From: Massalongia carnosa
Lineage: Eukaryota
Assembly (NCBI GenBank): GCA_965645245.1
Contig: OZ287073.1
Location: 496,001 to 560,000 of the forward strand
Direction of reading: 5' to 3'
DNA length: 64,000 nt
Position 1 is the first letter of the stretch; the number at the start of each line of letters is the position of its first letter. Both the position numbers and the translations under genes were made by a program. The notes under the pieces are model-generated. The model was not told the DNA's origin. It ran no database searches and saw only the letters and a program-made list of their open reading frames with translations. Below are positions 59,451 to 64,000 of this stretch, in pieces.

Positions 59451-60110
59451 TATTTTTTTTTTATTTATTCATTAAGTGTATTCAACCTAAGGTTATGACA
59501 CTAAACTATTTTAGGATATGTTTCTATATTACAAATAAATCAACCCTTTATAACCCATCTATGTATCGTCAATTTTTCCCCATTTTTACTCCATGTTAGT
59601 AACAACCTATAGTAATCGAAAATTATCGATTTTACAATTTATCTTTGTAAGTTCGTAACTGTTTCAGCATAAATCGTTTCTGATTTTACTGTTCGATCTC
59701 TCCCCAACCTCCAGTTTCGAAAATATCGTCATCAAGCTGACCTAGTATCCATTTTCTAGTCGCGATTTTGTTATTGACAATAAATTTAATCAAAATGTCA
59801 TTTCCGATTTTTGTATTAAACAACATATTCAAGTTGATCGTAGTATCGATGGTTTGTTTAATGTTTTGAATTTCATCGAAATAGTGAATGCAATTCAATA
59901 ACAGGTGTTCTGGCGTTTGTCGTTGATTGCATCGATTTGAGCATTTTGACGAATTATAATCTTTCAATCGATGTAAAATATGATCGAAAATAGCCGTGTC
60001 CGAATTTTAATTGCATAATAGTAGCAAATATCAATTTGGAACAGTTGTTTGATAAATAATAAAATCTCGATATGCCAGGTTTCATTTCGAATTTCTCGTA
60101 GTATTTGCCT
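59451..60110 (-). mobile_element. Tad-like LINE 3' end (copy D) interrupted by a gypsy LTR
   Basis: A new A-rich tail, the 3' UTR and the ORF2 end (GGWGEIEQ). Confidence 0.9.
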
Positions 60111-60647
60111 TGTCAGGGCATAGAAGGAATAAGGGCTAAGCTAACTAAGCGGGGCTTAGTTCTACGGCTAGGCTTAGTCATATGGAAAGCAGTTGGTCTG
60201 CGTTACGCGGTTGGTATCTACTGCCGAGAGTATAGTACGAGCGATCGAGATATACGAGGATGCTCGTACGATTAGTCAGCACAGTGTCTACGATACAGTC
60301 AGCACAGTGTCTACGATACAGTCAGCACAGTGTCCACGATGCAGTCAGCAGAGTGTTTAGCCGGCTTATCCGGTAGGAGTAATGGGCGGTCAAGATAGTT
60401 ACAGTATCAAGGGCCCAGAGGGTCAAGGGCTTCGGTCCGGGTATATAAGGAGGCTGCTCGAGGGAGATGCAATCTTCAACGATTAGTCTTCCGCTTTACC
60501 TACATACTTCTTTTAGTATATTAGTATAGCAAATCATTAGTGTCTTCACATTGTCACATATCCCTAGGCCTGGTGTCTGATAATCGCCAGGTCTGACTCT
60601 TACAATTCTAATCGTTCTATCCTTCAAGGAGTGACGATCCGTTGACA
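60111..60647 (+). repeat. Probable 5' LTR containing a 23-bp tandem repeat
   Basis: Inverted termini, TATATAA at 60442, and agtcagcacagtgtctacgatac x about 3.5 at 60275-60356. The partner LTR is not in the window. Confidence 0.75.
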
Positions 60648-60681
60648 CATTTATACACCTTCTATACACTATCGTCCCGCC

Positions 60682-61923
60682 ATGTCCGCGCAAGAAGTTG
60701 CCTCTGATACCATGATGCCGGAGGAGCGGATCGAAGAACTTTCGGATTCTGAGGGCCCTGGAAGAGGAGCCCTGACCCCAATGGAAAAAGTAGTCGAACC
60801 CATTCAACCCCTGACGTTGGACGAACAGATAGCGCAAGCTGAGCGCAGGCGTAGCGAACTTAAGAAGGAAGTACGTCTGAGGAATTTGAAAGCCAGTATT
60901 GAGCAACTGCAAGAACAAACTCAAAAGCCTTCGAAACCTCCAAACCCTACCGGATCATCCAAGGAACCGGTAATGAGAGGTGCCATTAACCCTCGTTCTG
61001 ACGACGATGTAGAGATGACGAGTAGCCAGTCAGTACCTGTTGTTGTTTACAGGAGACGCGCTGCTAGACCCGAGAAAGTCAGTCCCTATCATGGAAAAAC
61101 GGTCAAGGAACATCTGGATTATGAGCGGAACTGCAGAGTGGCGTTTCGCGTGGCAAAAGAGGATTTCCCAGATGATGAATCCAAGATCGCTTTCGCAATG
61201 CAATCGCTGGAAGGGGAGCCTAAGGAAGCTTGGCATCGATATGAGGCAGACGGTGAAATGCAAAATTATACCTTCGAAGAGTACTTGAAATTCTTGTTAA
61301 ATATTGTCGAGGACCCAGTTAATCGAGGTCTGCATATGGCCCAATTATTTGCCGAAGCCAAGCAAGGAGAGAAGCAAACGGTAAGAGCTTTCGAGGCGCA
61401 CTTGAGTAGCCTCGAGGACCAGTTGCCCTCCTATACCGAAGAACAAAGAGCGACTCATCTGTTTACTAAGTTGCGGCCGTCTATTAGAGCAGCTATAGGC
61501 AACTATCAGAATATTCCAAGGACTAGAGAAGCTCTGGTGACTCTGGCCAGTAGGCTGGAAAACAATCAGAAAAGAGAAAACGATGTCTTAACGACGTCGA
61601 AGCATGAGCGTCCAAATAGTTCTCACCCCCCTCGCACTAAATCACATAGAGATAAGAGGAACGAGGAGATAAAGGACACTGACAAAGCAAAACCTACGAA
61701 AGACGGTAAAAGGGGTCAGAAAAGAAAGCATGCTGAGACAAAGGAAAGTACCGACGAGGTGACATGTTATCGCTGCGGAGAACAGGGTCACTACGCCAAC
61801 AAGTGTCCCAACCCTCCTAAAGACGACAAGGAGCCGAAGCACGGTGTGAACGCCGTCGCAAAGTCGGGAAAAGCCAAACCTCCACGGAAAGCTCGCCAGC
61901 CGATGGAGGGAAACGATCAGTAG
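60682..61923 (+). CDS. Gypsy gag
   Basis: 413 aa with KIAFAMQSLEGEPKEAW, KQGEKQTV and CYRCGEQGHYANKC. Confidence 0.92.
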   Translation: MSAQEVASDTMMPEERIEELSDSEGPGRGALTPMEKVVEPIQPLTLDEQIAQAERRRSELKKEVRLRNLKASIEQLQEQTQKPSKPPNPTGSSKEPVMRGAINPRSDDDVEMTSSQSVPVVVYRRRAARPEKVSPYHGKTVKEHLDYERNCRVAFRVAKEDFPDDESKIAFAMQSLEGEPKEAWHRYEADGEMQNYTFEEYLKFLLNIVEDPVNRGLHMAQLFAEAKQGEKQTVRAFEAHLSSLEDQLPSYTEEQRATHLFTKLRPSIRAAIGNYQNIPRTREALVTLASRLENNQKRENDVLTTSKHERPNSSHPPRTKSHRDKRNEEIKDTDKAKPTKDGKRGQKRKHAETKESTDEVTCYRCGEQGHYANKCPNPPKDDKEPKHGVNAVAKSGKAKPPRKARQPMEGNDQ

Positions 61924-64000
61924 AAAGCGAGCCAAGCCTAATTCCTGAGGGGACTATAACGAGCGGAGGCAAAAAATACCCGGCGACAGTGTTGCTTGAT
62001 GGAGCAGCCGAGATTAATGTGATTAATCAGGGATTCGCCGTCGCTTCAGATCTTAGACCTATTGAAAGCGAACTACCTGCTCCTCAATTCATGGATGGTA
62101 AGGAGGTTTACTGCTATGGAGCTTATGAGGTAGTAATGGCTCTCGAGGATACTTGGGAACGACAGCACACCTTTACCAGCGTGTTTTACGCAATTGACAA
62201 ACAGGGCCCTGACTTGGTGTTGGGTCTCCCTGGTCTCAAACAGCTGGGTATCGTAATCGATTATGGAGCGAAGCGCTGGCGTTATGGCTTTCAGTCTGAT
62301 ATGTTCGAGTTGTGCAAGCCTAAACAGTTTGCGAAGACCCTGCATTCCGGGGCACCACTCTATGCTATAGTGGCTCAACCCATTGCACCTTCTTCCGAAA
62401 GACAACCTGTTAATGTTGGCGCTGTTGATGAGAACAACAGCCGGAACACCAACGAAACGCAGGGGATACCTGTGGAATTTGCTGAATTCCAGGATGTTTT
62501 TTCTAAGGACAGAGCCAATCAATTAGCTACGCACAAGGACTGTGACCACGCTATCGATTTAGAAGGCGGTGATCCACCTTATGGTCCTTTATACAACTTA
62601 TCGAATACGGAGCTTAAGACTCTTCGGGAATATCTTGACGACGCCCTGGCGAAGGGTTGGATCCGGCACTCCACCAGTTCTGCAGGTGCGCCAATACTAT
62701 TTGTGCCTAAGAAGGACGGTACTCTGCGCCTCTGCGTTGACTATCGAGGATTGAATAAGGTGACCAAAAAGAATCGTCATCCGCTTCCTCTTATCACGCA
62801 GATACTGGATCAGTTAAACGGGTGTTCCTATTTTACCAAAATGGATTTGCGAGATGCTTATCATCGTCTCCGAATCCGCAAGGGCGACGAGTGGAAGACG
62901 GCATTTCGATCCCGTTACGGACACTACGAGTATATGGTTATGCCTTTTGGATTAGCCAACGCCCCTGCAACTTTTCAAGCTTACATCAATAAAGCTTTAT
63001 CTGGGATCGTGGATGTTTTCTGCGTAGTCTATCTGGACGATATATTGGTATTTTCCAAAGATAGAACCAGCCATGTGGAGCATGTTAAAGAGGTGTTACG
63101 TCGTCTAAGGAAACACGATCTCTATGCAAATCTTAAAAAGTGCGAGTTCTTTGCTCCGGCCGTGGAATATCTAGGGTTTATCATTAGCAGCGATGGTATC
63201 TCCATGGATCCACGCCGGGTTGAAACCGTGCGGGATTGGCCTGCACTTCAGTCCTTTCGAGACATTCAGGTCTTTCTAGGATTCGCCAATTTCTATCGAC
63301 GTTTCATACGTCATTATTCTCAAATCACTAGGCCATTGACTGACATGCTGAAAGGCATGCAGGCTGGGATAAAAAGGGGTACTTTTTATCTTACGGCCGA
63401 AGGAGCGGAAGCGTTTAGCAAGCTGAAAGAAGCCTTTCAGGGCGCGCCCATCTTGGTTCACTTCGATCCAGAACTGCTCATTCGCCTAGAGACCGATGCA
63501 TCGGATTTCGGAATCTCTGGCATTATCTCCCAGTTGCAGAAAGATGGGCAATGGCATCCCGTCGCTTTCTACTCGCGGAAGATGATACCGGCCGAGCGCA
63601 ACTATGAAACCCATGATCAAGAGTTGCTGGCCATTGTGATGTGTTTTAAACACTGGAGGCATTACCTGGAGGGTAGCCTGCACCCCGTTGAGGTCCTGAC
63701 AGACCACAACAATTTGAGGGGTTTTATGAATATTAAGGTGTTGAGTGGTCGGCAAGCGCGATGGGCTATGAAATTAGCCGCTTATGATTTCGTAATCATG
63801 CATCGCTCGGGAAAGACCAATCCTGCCGATGCACCGTCTAGGCGCCCTGATTATCAGAGCATCAACACCGAGGTGACGAGATTGTTGCCTACTCTTCAAA
63901 AGAAGCTGAGCAAAATAGATTCCTTATGCGTAGGTTATACGCCGGGGATTCGTACGGTGCTTGCCGCACTTAGGTATGATCTTCGCTCAAAGATAGCTTC
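61866..64000 (+). CDS. Gypsy pol (PR, RT, RNase H) in the -1 frame, partial
   Basis: Hand translation of the motif regions gives VLLDGAAEIN, LCVDYRGLN, YLDD, ETDASD, HDQELLAI and TDHNNL. Its absence from the ORF track is consistent with no stop inside the window. Confidence 0.92.

Larger units (their letters stand above)
60111..64000 (+). mobile_element. Ty3/gypsy element, 5' part, apparently intact; continues past the window
   Basis: TGTCA..TGACA LTR, open gag and open pol. Confidence 0.93.

Overview
This window is almost entirely nested fungal transposable elements. The TE families and short GT..CTAAC..AG introns point to an ascomycete, and a powdery mildew or other Leotiomycete is plausible but not established. 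Element boundaries were read from terminal repeats and target-site duplications (TSDs). The inventory is three Ty1/copia elements, two well-preserved Ty3/gypsy elements plus remnants, at least six solo LTRs, three pogo/Fot1 elements, one Tc1-like element, one hAT element with a matching 152-bp MITE, a MULE fragment, a SINE-like pair, and a same-strand nest of Tad-like LINEs containing one full-length copy with both ORFs open. The main non-TE island is 18.4-24 kb. It holds an apparently intact DUF7924-like (PD-(D/E)XK-type) gene head-to-head with an FTA2-family kinase-like pseudogene, next to a possible DUF3435 (Starship captain) fragment. No housekeeping gene, rRNA, tRNA or CRISPR array was found. 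All family assignments come from motif recognition by eye; no searches were run.
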